This document shows positions 12,660-24,426 of a stretch of 64,000 bases of DNA, in pieces. The notes beneath the pieces are model-generated. The model saw only the letters and a list, made by a program, of their open reading frames with translations. It searched no databases and had not been told where the DNA came from. Numbering within the stretch: position 1 is the stretch's first letter; each line of letters starts with the position of its first letter. The stretch comes from Octopus vulgaris (taxonomy: Eukaryota), in contig OX597827.1 of NCBI GenBank assembly GCA_951406725.2, forward strand, positions 41,168,001-41,232,000, given 5' to 3'. The translations under genes and the position numbers were made by a program.

Positions 12660-13690
12660 GAAGTAGTCATGGTTAGATGAGGTGTACTGGTTTGTTCAAG
12701 CTTAACGAGAACGGTGGTGGTGGTAGTGATGATGATGATGTTGTTGTTGTCAGTAGCGGTGGGAGATATCTAGTAGTGCTAGAAAGCCTTCTCTGTTTAT
12801 GCGTCTGACATTCAGAAAACATCTAGTAATAATGTGCTGATTATTATTATGATGGTGGTGGTGGTGGCGCGGATGCTGGTTGTGGTGGCGGTGTCGTCAC
12901 TGCTGGCAGCGGTGAAGAGGTGATTGCAGACGTCTACTGCTGGGAGAGATGGTAGTAGTGGTAGTAGTAATGGAGATAGTGATTCTTACAGAGCTGGCAG
13001 CGGCGGAGGTGGTGGTGGTGGAGATAGTATTGCTGTTGGTAGTAATTAGTACTGGCAATAGTGGTGATGGTGGTGATAGTCGTAGTGGTGCCTGTTTAAT
13101 TTCAGGTTAGTCTCGATCAAGACATGATTAAAGGTATTCCAACCACGACCATCTCGTCTTGTTTTTGTTTTTACTCTTAGTGCATCTAAGGCTACACTAT
13201 CCACGGTGTCGTTTCATGTTTAAGATCATGAGGTTGCATTTTGAGTAAGACTTGGCTGCTTTTTCTAGCAGGTCGAACGACCACCTAGAGAGGCTCCTCC
13301 GTTGTGCTGATATCGGCATTACTGTTGACATTTGTGGTACTATTGCTAACAGATAGTAGTGGTTTTGTACTATTGGTGACATGTGTAGTGTTACTAGTAG
13401 CGGTTGTGAAGGTACCGTTCATGGTAGCGGTGGTCATGTAGCGGTCCTATTGAAGGCGGTAGTGGGTGTAGTGATAGTTGTGGTACCACACGATGGCAGT
13501 GGCAGTACTATTACTGCTGTTACGTGCCACTTTCTGGTTGTGGTGGCACTACTGCTCGTTGTGTTTGTTGGTGGTGGTCATCGTTGTAGTGGTCGTAGTA
13601 ATTAGCAGTATTGGCAGTGCTAGTACAACTGCGTTACCGTTGCTATTAGTGGTAATACCGGTACTAACGATATTACTAGTGTTGATACTA
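12660..13690. repeat. Low-complexity degenerate (GGT/AGT/GTT)n tract
   Basis: Mixed trinucleotide repeats, interrupted by a family C fragment. Confidence 0.85.
13095..13285 (-). mobile_element. Dispersed SINE-like repeat (family C)
   Basis: Motifs tgattaaaggtattccaaccacgaccatc and ttggctgctttttctagcaggtcgaacgacc recur at about 90-200, 3810-3940, 17030-17250, 39400-39610, 41440-41580, 46440-46655, 50690-50835, 60780-60980 and 62260-62390. Polarity taken from the (caa)n tail. Confidence 0.7.
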
Positions 13691-13698
13691 TTACAGCT

Positions 13699-13939
13699 CA
13701 GTAGTTCTCAATCATGTTTTTTTTGGGCCTGTGGACTCCGATTCCTATTTTGCTCTACTGGACCCATCCCCCTAACAATTTGAAATCTAAAACAAAAAAA
13801 CCCTATTCTTATAATTAAATAGTTTTAGAAATTGTAATAAAAGAAATTGTTAAAGACCGATTTCTTGCTCATAATTTTTAACAATAAAATCTTATATGGT
13901 CTCTTTAGGGCCGTGTGGAACCCCGGTTGAGAATCACTG
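13699..13939. mobile_element. hAT (Charlie-like) MITE
   Basis: TIRs cagtagttctcaa / ttgagaatcactg (CAGTGGTTCTCAA type); TSD degraded. Confidence 0.75.
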
Positions 13940-14995
13940 CTAGAGCCGATAGTACTTGGCAGTATACTCTTTTACCCTTTTATTTGCTTGTCATTTGACT
14001 GCGGTTATGCTGGAGCACCACCTTTAGTCGAACAAATTGACCCCAGAACTTATTTTTTTGTAAGTCTGTTACTTATTCTGGCTGAGGTAAAGAATATGCA
14101 CACCACCCATTTTTGGCCTAATCCTCACTCTAAACCCTAACCTTCAACATCGAGTGTGCATATTCTTTACCTTTGCCCTTATTCTATCAGTTTCTTTTGC
14201 CGAACCGCTAAGTTACGGGGACGCAAACACACCAACATCAGTTGTCAAGCAATGGTGGAGGGATGAAATTGTACTGTTTGTGGTGGTAGAACTGTTAGAA
14301 CGTCAGACAAAATGCTTTGCAGTATCTCTTCCAACTCCTTTGTATTTTTGGTTCAAATCCTGCCATGGTTAATATTGCCTTTTTGTCTTTTTGGAATCAA
14401 TAAAATGAAGTACCATTTATGTACTATGATCGATGGTGTTGGCTATCATGCTCCCCTCAAAATTTTTAGCTTTGTACCTAATTTAGAAACTTATTTGTCA
14501 TCCTCCTCCTTGTTCAGTGGTTGTCCTTCAGTTTTGTTGATAGAGGTTTAAGAGAAGTGATGTGTAGTGGGGAGGTTGCCCAAGGTCTGCCCTGAGCCAA
14601 CATGCATATTATCGAAGGCCTTGCAGCCATGACCTTGTCCTGTTGTGTATATGTTAGGTGTAATTTGAGGGAGAATTGGCTACTGTTTTTAAATAGACTG
14701 AGTGACACCAGATTCATTACTTTTATGGCTTCATTGCAGAAATTTTTGGTTGTGTAGTGTACTGTGGTGATATAGTTAGTATACTGTAATACCTGGAGTG
14801 CTTGTAGCATTTCTCCTTCACACCAACATTTTTAATAACCCATGCAGTCACAACTTTGCCTCTCACATCTTCATACAAAGCCCCTCTCTACCCACCTCTC
14901 TTTCCAAACACTTATCACATACATAAATACGTACAGACAACATATACACTGTGTGTGTATGTATGTGGATATATATATATGTGTATGTGTTTGTG

Positions 14996-15028
<33 letters not shown>

Positions 15029-15705
15029 ATGTATGTATGGACACAAACTGTCACATAAAGACTGCTACCCATATATCTACAACAAGCTGAGTGTAATATG
15101 AGCAACATATGCTGTTTTCAATGAAGTATTGTGGCGTGAGACTGAGTCATAGTGTATGCAAGCTTGTGTCTGAGTACATTTTATACACACTGTCACTAAG
15201 TCTTCTTTATTCTGTGTTTTCTCACACACACAATACACAGTTGTACTGTGACATACATACGAAGACGTCACATTGACACGCACACAAACATGTGCGTTTA
15301 TGGGCATATGTATATATATATATTGTATGTGTGTGTGTGTGTGTAAAGGTGTATGTATATGAGTATAGATGTATGTATATATGGATGCATAAATACATGT
15401 GTGTATAATTGTATGTGTATATGGATGCATGTTTATGCTTGTCTATATGTTTGTGTGTGTGTGTAGGCATGGATATAGCTATGTGGTTAAAAAATTTGTT
15501 TTGCAACCTGTAGTTTCAGGTTCAGTCCTGCTGTGCAGCCTTTTGGGTATGTGCCTTCTAGTCTTGCCCTGAGCTAACCAATGGTTTGTGAATGTATTTT
15601 AGAAACTGAGTGGGAGCCCAGTGTGTATGTGTGTGTATATGAATGTATGTCTTTGTGTTCCTCTCACTGGTGACTGGTGTTGATTTTTACACTCACACAC
15701 ACATA

Positions 15706-16150
15706 CAGGGTGTGTAAGATATTTGAGGACAGATTTATGTTTATAAAAAAAACAGATATATAACAACAAATAACTTTATTTATCAAAAAATGCAATGAGG
15801 ATAAAAACAAACCTTCTTTTCTATAAAGCCACCTTCAGCTTCAATAACTGTTTCTATACGAGATCTAAATCATCTACATGCTCGAATCAAGTGGTCCTGG
15901 TTTATTATCGACATTACTCTGACTATGGCAGCTTTCATAGAATCTTTGGTGTTATGAGTGTGTTTATTGAGTTCTCTCTCAACAACGCTCCACATGTAAT
16001 AGTTCAATGGATTGAGATCTGGGGAATTGGTAGGGCAAATGTTAGGGGTTGTGTGAATGTGTTACTGGAGCCATGTGTGATAGTGGAGAATCTTACTGAG
16101 ACACATATGGCCTTCCATTGCATACACTGTCTATCCAGGGCTCTTGCTAA
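15706..16150 (-). mobile_element. Tc1/mariner maT-type transposon 3' remnant
   Basis: Minus strand TPNICPTNSPDLNPLNYYMWSVVERELNKHTHNTKDSMKAAIVRVMS...DHLIRAC...FRSRIETVIEAEGGFIE; terminus tacagggtgtgt at about 15705. Confidence 0.85.
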
Positions 16151-17829
16151 TACCAGTAAAACATAAAACTAAACGTGTGTGTATGTAATTGTTCATATAT
16201 GTGTATTGATGTCTGTCTCTGTCTTTGCAGTGACATTTGAAAAACTGTCTTCTGTGTGTATGTTTTTATTTCAACAGTTTGACAGAGATCAATAGGTTAA
16301 GTATTAGCTTTAAAAAATGGGTATTGGTGTTTGTTGATGCAATCGACTGAAGCCTTCCAAGACAGTACCGTAGGTTGGCAGCTGTCCAATGACTAAGTTA
16401 AAGAGTAACGACTTAAATTGATTAAGCATTATTGGTTATTGAATCTAGAGAAAGGCAGTGGTTTAGTATACAGAACTAACATTTGTTGGGGATTCTTATG
16501 TTTGACTAATGAAGTTTGTTGCTGTCATCATTTTTGTGTCTGTGTGCTTTTTTTCTCTTTGCTAAGCTGGAATGGGTTGGACAAGACTTTCTGAGGCAGT
16601 GTTTCATACCAGGATCTTCTTTCTGACATCATCTCTTTTAGCCACTTTTTACCACCTGTAAGAATATGTTAATGAAAATGCCATAGCAACATGTGTCCTC
16701 ATTGTCATTTTGATGTCCTCTTTAGTCAGCTCAGAGCTTTAGAAGAAGACAGACATTTGTCCAAAGTGCCACATAGTGGTACTGAACCTGAAGCCTTAAG
16801 CCATGTGGACAGCAAGCTTCTTCACCACACAACCATCCACGCATGTGTGTGTGTGTGTTTTGCGAGTAAATGTTTCCTAACTCTGTTGTTATCTGTAATC
16901 CAGCAGATTTGTGATCAAAAACATTTCAACAATGATAATCCCAAGTTTTTTGAGGACTTCTTTTTTTGTATCAAACATGGTTTGTCTCTGACTCACTACA
17001 TTATTGAAATGTGTCTTTTGTTGTTATTGTTGTTGCTTATTCCCTGGATCAGCTCTTCACTCAAATTTTATATAATCAAAGACATCCCACTATTGACTAA
17101 CCTCATCCTGGTTTTTACCTCCTTCAGACTTATTGTATCCAAGGCAATAAGTATACAATGTGTATTCATTCGTTTAAGTAAGATGTGTGATTCTTTGAAG
17201 ATTTGGCTGCTATTTCTAGCAGGTTGAATGACTATATAAGAGAGCTCTCTTCCGCTTCAGCTTATTTTGGATTTGTTAGCTGACATTAGTTGATTTCTGA
17301 CACTTGTCCTACAGGAAGTGGATTTAAACCCTTCAAATACCTATATTCTTAGGTTATTAAATGAATTTCATTACTTCCTTTTATTGATTTGTGTGGCAAT
17401 ATTTGAAATAAACTAATAATTCTTGTTCTCTGTCGTTATATTCTATTGGTTGTATGTTTGTCAATTTCTCTCTCTCTCTCTCTCATTCTTTTATTTTTGT
17501 ACGTATTAGTTGTAATTTAGCCAAGGTCGTCTGATTAAGCAGACCTATGTATGAAGTCATTTCAGCTATTACCATTCTTTCTGTCTTGCTTCCTTTCCAT
17601 TAATATATTATAGAAATAGCAAAAGCCTTTCAATATATGTATGGCTGCGTGTACTCTGTTACTCTGCCTATCTCTCTGTGTTCTGTTGCTCAAGAAAAAG
17701 TAATGAAAGAGAATATTGATGTGAATGTCTTACTCAGTTTCAGTTAACTTTTGCACACGTGCTATTCAAAAAGAAATTGAAGCAGGGTCATACTGTTTTT
17801 CAATAGTACTAAGACGTATATGTATGGGT

Positions 17830-17985
17830 TAGTCCACATTACTCTGTAAGGAGCATAGGGCCTGTTTCCTGGTTTCTCTTGCTTATATATTCTTCCCTGA
17901 ACAGAATGCAAAGCATTGCCTGGTCCTGGAATCGAAACCACAATCTTACGATCGTAAGTCCAACACCCTAACTGCTAAGTCATGT
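17830..17985 (-). mobile_element. tRNA-derived SINE fragment
   Basis: Minus-strand head tgacttagcagttagggtgttggacttacgatcgtaagattgtggtttcgattcc with A/B boxes, related to the head at 25651. Confidence 0.65.
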
Positions 17986-17999
17986 GGTGTATATATGTT

Positions 18000-18035
<36 letters not shown>

Positions 18036-18038
<3 letters not shown>

Positions 18039-18525
18039 TTTTATTCTTGTTTCAGTAATTTGACTGCAACCATGCTGGAGCACTGCCTTTAGTCAAATAA
18101 ATCTCTCTACTGGACTTATTTTTTTTGTTAACCTAGTACTTATTCTATTGGACTCTTCTGTCAAACTGCTATGTTATGGGGATGAAAACACCCCATCATC
18201 GGTTATCAAGTGATGGTGAGGTGGTGGGAACATATACATATATATATGAGTGAGTAGACAAATGAAGGAAGGGCACTCAACACATTTATTGCAAGTTACA
18301 CGCATAGATCAAAACAGTTTGATTTGGAATCCTTGGTACTCTGAGTTTCAAGTGTGTGGCTAGTCCTTGGGTATTGGGGTCTATATATACCAAATCCACT
18401 TACAAGGCTTTGGTTAGCCTGAGGCTATAGTAGAAGTCATCTGCCCAAGGTGTCACACAGTGGGACTGAACCCGGAACTATGTGGTTGGGAAGCAAGTTC
18501 TTACCACACACTCATGCCTGCACCT
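18036..18525 (-). mobile_element. Family A CORE-type SINE with an insert in its internal microsatellite
   Basis: Reverse complement of family A from tail (cttgtttcagtaatttgactgc) to head (cctgcacct), with unrelated sequence at about 18250-18380. Confidence 0.85.
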
Positions 18526-18540
18526 ATATATATATGATAT

Positions 18541-18940
18541 AGAAATGGCTGTGCAGTTAAGAAAAAGCTTGCTTCACAACCATTTGGTTCTGGCCTCTAT
18601 TCTACTGCTTAACTTATTACTCATATATTTGCTACTGTAGCTCCAGATTGACCTATAACCATGTGAGTATTATTTGTTAGACAGAAACTGTGCCAAAGCT
18701 GGTTGTGTGTGTGTGTGTGTGTGCATGTATTTACACTGGTCTAAAAAAGAAAGAAAAGAAAACAAGAATTCTTGTTAATGTCGTGTCCCTTTATATCCTG
18801 TAATTTAGCAGTTCACCAAGGAGATCAATAAATACCAGACTGAAATAAGTTCTAGAGGTAATATAATTGACTAAAATATTTGAGGCAGCAATGCCCCAAC
18901 ATGGCCATAGTTCAGTGATTGAAACCAGTAAAAGAATACA
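18541..18940 (+). mobile_element. Family A SINE, diverged copy, head-to-head with the preceding copy
   Basis: tggctgtgcagttaag...tttgttagacagaaactg...gccccaacatggccatagttcagtgattgaaaccagtaaaagaata. Confidence 0.75.
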
Positions 18941-19684
18941 TACATATATGCACTGACAAACACACATTCTCCTTCTACTGTTTCCCCACCATACAAACTT
19001 CCATTCTCTCCTTGCCATACTCAGATGCACATCCCATCCAGGCATGTTGGATGTGGAGACCAAATTAATGAAATATGTTTCCATCATTTGAAATTAGGCA
19101 ATTAAATACACCACAGCTTTTCTGTTTGCAAGTCATAGTGTGTATATAAATATGTGTTTCATTTTTTTTTTCTCCTGATCAAATCGGATTTGCTTAATTA
19201 TATCCCACTGATACTGTTTGATGTTTTATACTGTGACATTTAATTATTGTGAGTTACAGTTTATTTTTGTGTGTATGTATGTTGTTCATGTGTGTGCGAC
19301 TAAATGTTAAATAACACCAATGAGAACAGCAACAATTTCGTATATAAATGGCAACACAAGGCCCTTTGTATCTTCTGTAGGGGATGGATAGAAATGAGAT
19401 GATGGAGAACATTCATACATCTCTTCAAGAACAAGAATACAAAAAATAATGAGTTTCTTTTTAACATGTAAGATGATTTTCGTTTCTTACTACAATAATG
19501 ATTTATTTGGATTAAGCACAAGGTCAGTATATGTCTGGATGATATTATTGAAGTTGACTGAATTGGTATCAGTATTTTAGAAGTACATATTTGATCAGCT
19601 TCAGAGGAATGAGTTGTTAAGTTAACCTCCATTTAGGTTTCAGATCAAAATCAGGAATCAGTCAGAATTTAGTGATGCCTTTAA

Positions 19685-19904
19685 CCCTTTTTGTTACTGT
19701 ATTTATTTTGAATGCTCTGTGTTTCTTTCAATTACTTTAAATATAACAAAGAATTTAGTAAAATAACTTAGTTATCATTAAGCTAGTGTTAGGAATATAA
19801 ATTGTGACTAAGGTTTGGTGGAAGATTTTAATTCAAAATTCATGAAAACAAGGCATTTGTACTCAGAGCCAGAGCCAGTTTCTGCCAGGTTGGTAACAAA
19901 AGGG
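19685..19904. mobile_element. piggyBac-type MITE (220 bp)
   Basis: TTAA on both sides (19681-84, 19905-08) and TIRs ccctttttgttac / gtaacaaaaggg. Near-identical second copy at 26663-26882. Confidence 0.9.
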
Positions 19905-19949
19905 TTAAATTCAGTTTTCTACTGTATTGGCTATAATAACTATTATAAT

Positions 19950-20385
19950 TCCTGGGGCTATAAACGTCAGTAGCACTGTCCTGTATAGGATGCCACACTT
20001 GGTTGGCAATTATATGTTACAATTCTGTACTACTACTGCTTATATTTTGCTCAGAGATTTAATATAGCTTATTTCTACTTTTTTGAGATCAGCGACAGTT
20101 TGTCACTGGAAAAAGCGTATAGTATTTTGCGAGTGGAATGAGTTTACATCACTAGCTTGTGCTTAACACACACTGAGGACAGGTAACCACCCAGAAACTT
20201 GAATCTGTGTGTATACTGTGTGTATCACGTAAGGCTAGAAATGGGAGTGATGACCTCCCCTCATAAATACTAATTGGACACAGAATGTGTGTCGTTAGCC
20301 AGCTGGAGGAGATGTCTTCCTGGGGTTATAAACATCAGTAGCACTGTCCTGTACAGAACGTCACACTTGGTTGGCAATTATATGT
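19950..20385 (+). mobile_element. Retrozyme-like element: 368-bp unit plus about 68-bp terminal redundancy, containing a hammerhead motif
   Basis: Direct repeat 19949-20017 versus 20317-20385, flanking TSD aactattataat (19938-49) / aactataataat (20386-97), internal hammerhead at 20166-20212, and no ORF. Confidence 0.75.
20166..20212 (+). ncRNA. Minimal type I hammerhead ribozyme motif (decayed)
   Basis: acacaca-CTGAGGA-caggt-aacc-accca-GAAA-cttgaa-TC-tgtgtgt: perfect 7-bp stem I and complete core. Stem II mismatches are explained by CpG decay from cgggt/acccg, and stem III from ctcgag. Confidence 0.8.
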
Positions 20386-20602
20386 AACTATAATAATGTA
20401 TTAGATAAAAAGCAACATATTTTGCATAGAACAAAATAGTTGTAAGCCTTGATTAGTACTCATTTTACTGACATTGAAGGAGCACGCAGCAGAGTTAGTT
20501 AACCTTGCTGAAGTTAAACAGGTTATTTGTTTGGTATTTCATCTGGTACTCTTTCATTTCTACAATTTCATTGTTTTTTTTTGTTTTTTTCATAATAATA
20601 AT

Positions 20603-20979
20603 AATAAGAGTACTCAGAAAGTGCAAACCTCCGCCAAGGTAACACCAACGTCCTTTCAATGATTAGCCATAGATGATTTTTAGAATGGGAATATCTAAAA
20701 TAAACTTGACTGCTCTCACAAACTAGAATACTTAATGAATCTGACAGCTCTCAAAAATTAAGTAAAAAAACAAAACAAAAAAATAATCCAGAATCCTTGT
20801 CTGGTACTGGGTTGATCCCAAAATCTAATCATGCCAGTCATGAGGCCAAACATTCTTTAAAGTTTCATCCGAATCCATCCAGCGGTTGTTGAGTTATCTT
20901 GTCCACAGACAAACAGACAAATAAACAAACATGACTGAAAACAATATTATTACCTCTGCCTTAGCCAAGGTGGAGGTGG
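20603..20979 (-). mobile_element. Helentron-associated non-autonomous element (DINE-1/HINE-like)
   Basis: Terminal palindrome acctctgccttagccaaggtggaggt (20952-77), matching subterminal repeat acctccgcc (20627-35) next to a short hairpin gtactcagaaagtgc, and an internal acagacaaacagaca microsatellite. This is the DINE-1 architecture. Confidence 0.7.
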
Positions 20980-20982
20980 TGG

Positions 20983-21212
20983 TAATAATAATAATAATAA
21001 TAATAATCCTTTCTACTAAAGGCACAAGGCCTGAAATTTTGGGAGAGGGGACTAGTCAATTATATCAACCCCAGTGTTTCACCGGTACTTAATTTATTGA
21101 CCCCCAAAAGGCAAAGTTGACCTCAGCGGAATTTGAACTCAGAATGTAACGACAGGTGAAATGCCTCTAAGCATTTCATCCAGTGTGCCAATGATTCTGC
21201 CAGCTCATCACC

Positions 21213-21244
<32 letters not shown>

Positions 21245-21950
21245 CATCCTTTTTATTATAGGCACAAGGCCTAAAATATGTTTTGTAGGGACTGAGGTGA
21301 GTCAAATATTTCTCCCACCAGTGCTTAATTTATCGACTCCAAAAGGATGAAAAGCAAAATTGATTTTGGTGGAATTTGAACTCGGCACATAAAGAGCTGA
21401 AGGAAATACTGCCAAACATTTTGTCTGAGTGCTAGTGATTCTACCGGCTCATTGTCTTTTTCGCAATACCAATAATTTCTCACATGAGTACAAAGACACA
21501 GTATTTTTTTTATGGTACAAGGAAATTACAAGTACTTGACTGGCACTTTATTTATGAACCTCCTCACCAATGATAAAAAGCAGTCAAAACCTGGTGGGAT
21601 TTGAACTTGGAATTGTAAACTGATGCTTCTTAATACATTAAGACATTTTGTTTGACTTCTGCCATGTGCTTACATCAACTCCACTACTTGACTAGTTATT
21701 TTGTTACTCCCGAGAGAATGAAAGGCAATGTTGACCTCTTTGAGACATGACTAAAAACATAGGGACACAACCAAATGTCAAGGCATCTTGTTTGCTACTC
21801 TACCCTCTCCTCCTTCCAATGCTTTACTTGTACATATTTTATTGAACCCCTCAAAAGGATGAAAGTCAAAGTTGACCTTGGCAGAATGAAAGACAGATGA
21901 AATGCTGTTAAGCATTTTGTCTGGTGTGTTAATGATTCTGACAGCTCACC
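20983..21950 (-). mobile_element. Cluster of about 5 co-oriented family B SINEs separated by (aat)n
   Basis: Repeated ggcacaaggcc...tttattgaccc...aaaggcaaagttgacc...gaatttgaactc units; more decayed copies continue to about 22340. Confidence 0.85.
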
Positions 21951-23638
21951 ACATTCTTTCTTAATGATAATATTAATGATGATGATGATAATAACAACAA
22001 CAGCAACAGTAATTTCTTGTAAGGGAGGGATAATGCTTATGAAATAAATACCTGTCTGTTATAAAATGCTATTGATATCTTCTTTGAGGAGATGAAAGGA
22101 GAAGCTGTTGGTGGCAGCATTTGAACTGACAATGTAATGATAAAAAACTCTACACTGCAGTATTTTTAACCTGACAGTCAGCTCTCTTCAATAATGACAA
22201 TGATTTCTTTTATTGATCTCAGGCTTCAGATTTGTGTGGGAGTGTCTTTTGTCAATTAAATGAATTACTGTTTACTTACATTTCAACCTGTGGTGGAGAT
22301 GAAGGTTGAAGTTAGCACAAGTAGGATTTGAAATCAGAAACTGCTGACTCGCTACCCTTAGTAAGAGAGTGTATCATCTTCTAAATAGCAGCCAGAAAGG
22401 CTATTTTACCCCTTCTTCTCCATAGTTTTTCTATACTTCCATTCTGTTCTCACCACTCACTTCCTACTGCATTCCTCCATGTAATGAATTTGAATTTCAC
22501 TGTTGTTTCCTCTGTCTTTGTAATGTAAGGCTTACCATAAATGCTTTTTTAACTTTACTGGTTCCAGTCATTGGACTAGCAGCTAGGGTACTGCTTGGAA
22601 GACTTTAGTTGTTCAAACCTACCCCAGTGCTTATTTCAATGCTGGTTAGTCACTTTTTGCTGAACCACTAAGTTACAGGGATGTCAGCAAACCAGTACCA
22701 GTTGTCAAGCTGTGAGAGACATAAACTCTCTCTCTTTCACACACACACACATTCCTCTGTAATAAAAAAGAAAATTCCTTCTATGAAAAGCAGGAAACAG
22801 GTGATGGTTGCCTAACAGGAAGTGTATCTGGCTATAAAAATATTGTCCTGTCTAAGTCATGCTAACATAGAAAAACAAATGCTAAACAAAACAAATGATA
22901 TTCTTACACATCTTGATTCAGCACAGTTTCCCTCTATTAAATTCACTCACAAAGCATAAGCTAGCTAGGAGCTATAATAGAAGGCACCTCAAAGGTTACT
23001 ATTCAGTAGGACTGAACCCAAAACCTGATGGCTGTGAGGCAAACTTGTTACTCACAGAGCCATGCCTGGTAATGATTTTTCTTTTCCATTCACTTGTGTA
23101 ATTTCAAATGTTGCCTTTTTTTCTTTCTCACTACATTTTGTGAGCCCACACTTTTTACTATGTGTTTAACAAGTCTGACATCTACCTACCTTGCTTGGCA
23201 AGTCCCCACTCCTTGTTCAGTCTAATGAAACTTCCACAATCCTCCCAACCTGCTTAAGTGTGTCTTCTAGGCTCAACCTTGCTTTACTTAGTGGCGCTTT
23301 GTTATATTATCATTTTTCGTTTTTTTTTCTCTCTTCAGCTTTCCATTGATTTTTTCTGTTTCTGATTTTGTTTTGATTTGAAGTTTATTTTTCCTTGTCA
23401 TGTTCATCATCATCATCGTCATCATCATCTTCCGTTATCACATCTTTGCCACTGTCTGTAATTTTTATCACTGTCATAGCAGTTGTCATTGTTAGCATTC
23501 ATCATCATTGGCTTGGCTTTTCACTTTAACAGCCATGGTTGCAGTGGAGAAGGCGAAGTCTGTCTGTCTTGTCCGGCCTTGAATGTCACTGATATCAACT
23601 ATGTTACTATATTTAGTTGTGTGTGCAAATATGTATGT

Positions 23639-23688
<50 letters not shown>

Positions 23689-24012
23689 TTGTATGTGTGT
23701 TTTTACATCACCAATTTCACAAGTTAACTTGTATGTTCGCAAATAATCAGTAGGTCATTCCACTAGAAATCTATTACCCATGGATAATGCTTAATTCTTT
23801 CTATATTCCCTGCCATACTATCATGATGTAATATGCGTATGTACATATTAAACACATAAATGATTATCTTTGTGTTAATCTGTGTGTGTGAGTGTAAACA
23901 AGAGATAAGGATCTTGATTTAGATGTGTGTATTCCCACCCTTTTTTTTTTATAATTTGAGGCAAATTTCAATTTAAGGCTTTTGAAGAAAAGAATTGCAT
24001 ATGTGTGTTTAG

Positions 24013-24053
<41 letters not shown>

Positions 24054-24061
24054 AATGTAAT

Positions 24062-24321
24062 ATGTGACAATTATTCGGTAGCCATGATAAAACTCAGAGT
24101 TTCAGATGTTGGGGTGGAAATCCACACCGCCATCTCTTCAGTTACCCAGCCATCGGAAAAAATGCTATGAAAATTGTTCATGAGCTTCGATATCAAATAA
24201 GAAGGGTAATTTTCATAGCATTTTTTCCGATGGCTGGATAACTGAAGAGATGGCGGCGTGGATTTCCATCCCGACATCCGAAACTCGGAGTTTTATCATG
24301 GCTACCAAATAATTGTCACAT
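24062..24321. repeat. Fold-back element: 114-bp inverted arms, 32-bp spacer, hammerhead in each arm (Penelope pseudo-LTR-like)
   Basis: 24062-24175 is the near-exact reverse complement of 24208-24321; flanked by (TA)n tracts. Confidence 0.9.
24237..24297 (+). ncRNA. Type I hammerhead ribozyme motif with long stem II (mirror copy on minus strand at 24086-24146)
   Basis: gataa-CTGAAGA-[gatggcggcgtggatttccatcccgacatcc]-GAAA-ctc-g-gag-TT-ttatc; stems I, II and the minimal stem III can all pair. Confidence 0.75.
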
Positions 24322-24394
24322 TTACAGATAAATTCCTCTATTTACGTAATATTGATTTCTCTTTCATTCTTTTGTTGTCTTACCATTTCTATCA

Positions 24395-24426
<32 letters not shown>

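Noticed and set aside
15110-15155. Very degenerate hammerhead-like string (caatgaag...gagactgagtc)
   Set aside because: Both core segments are mutated, so it is indistinguishable from chance.
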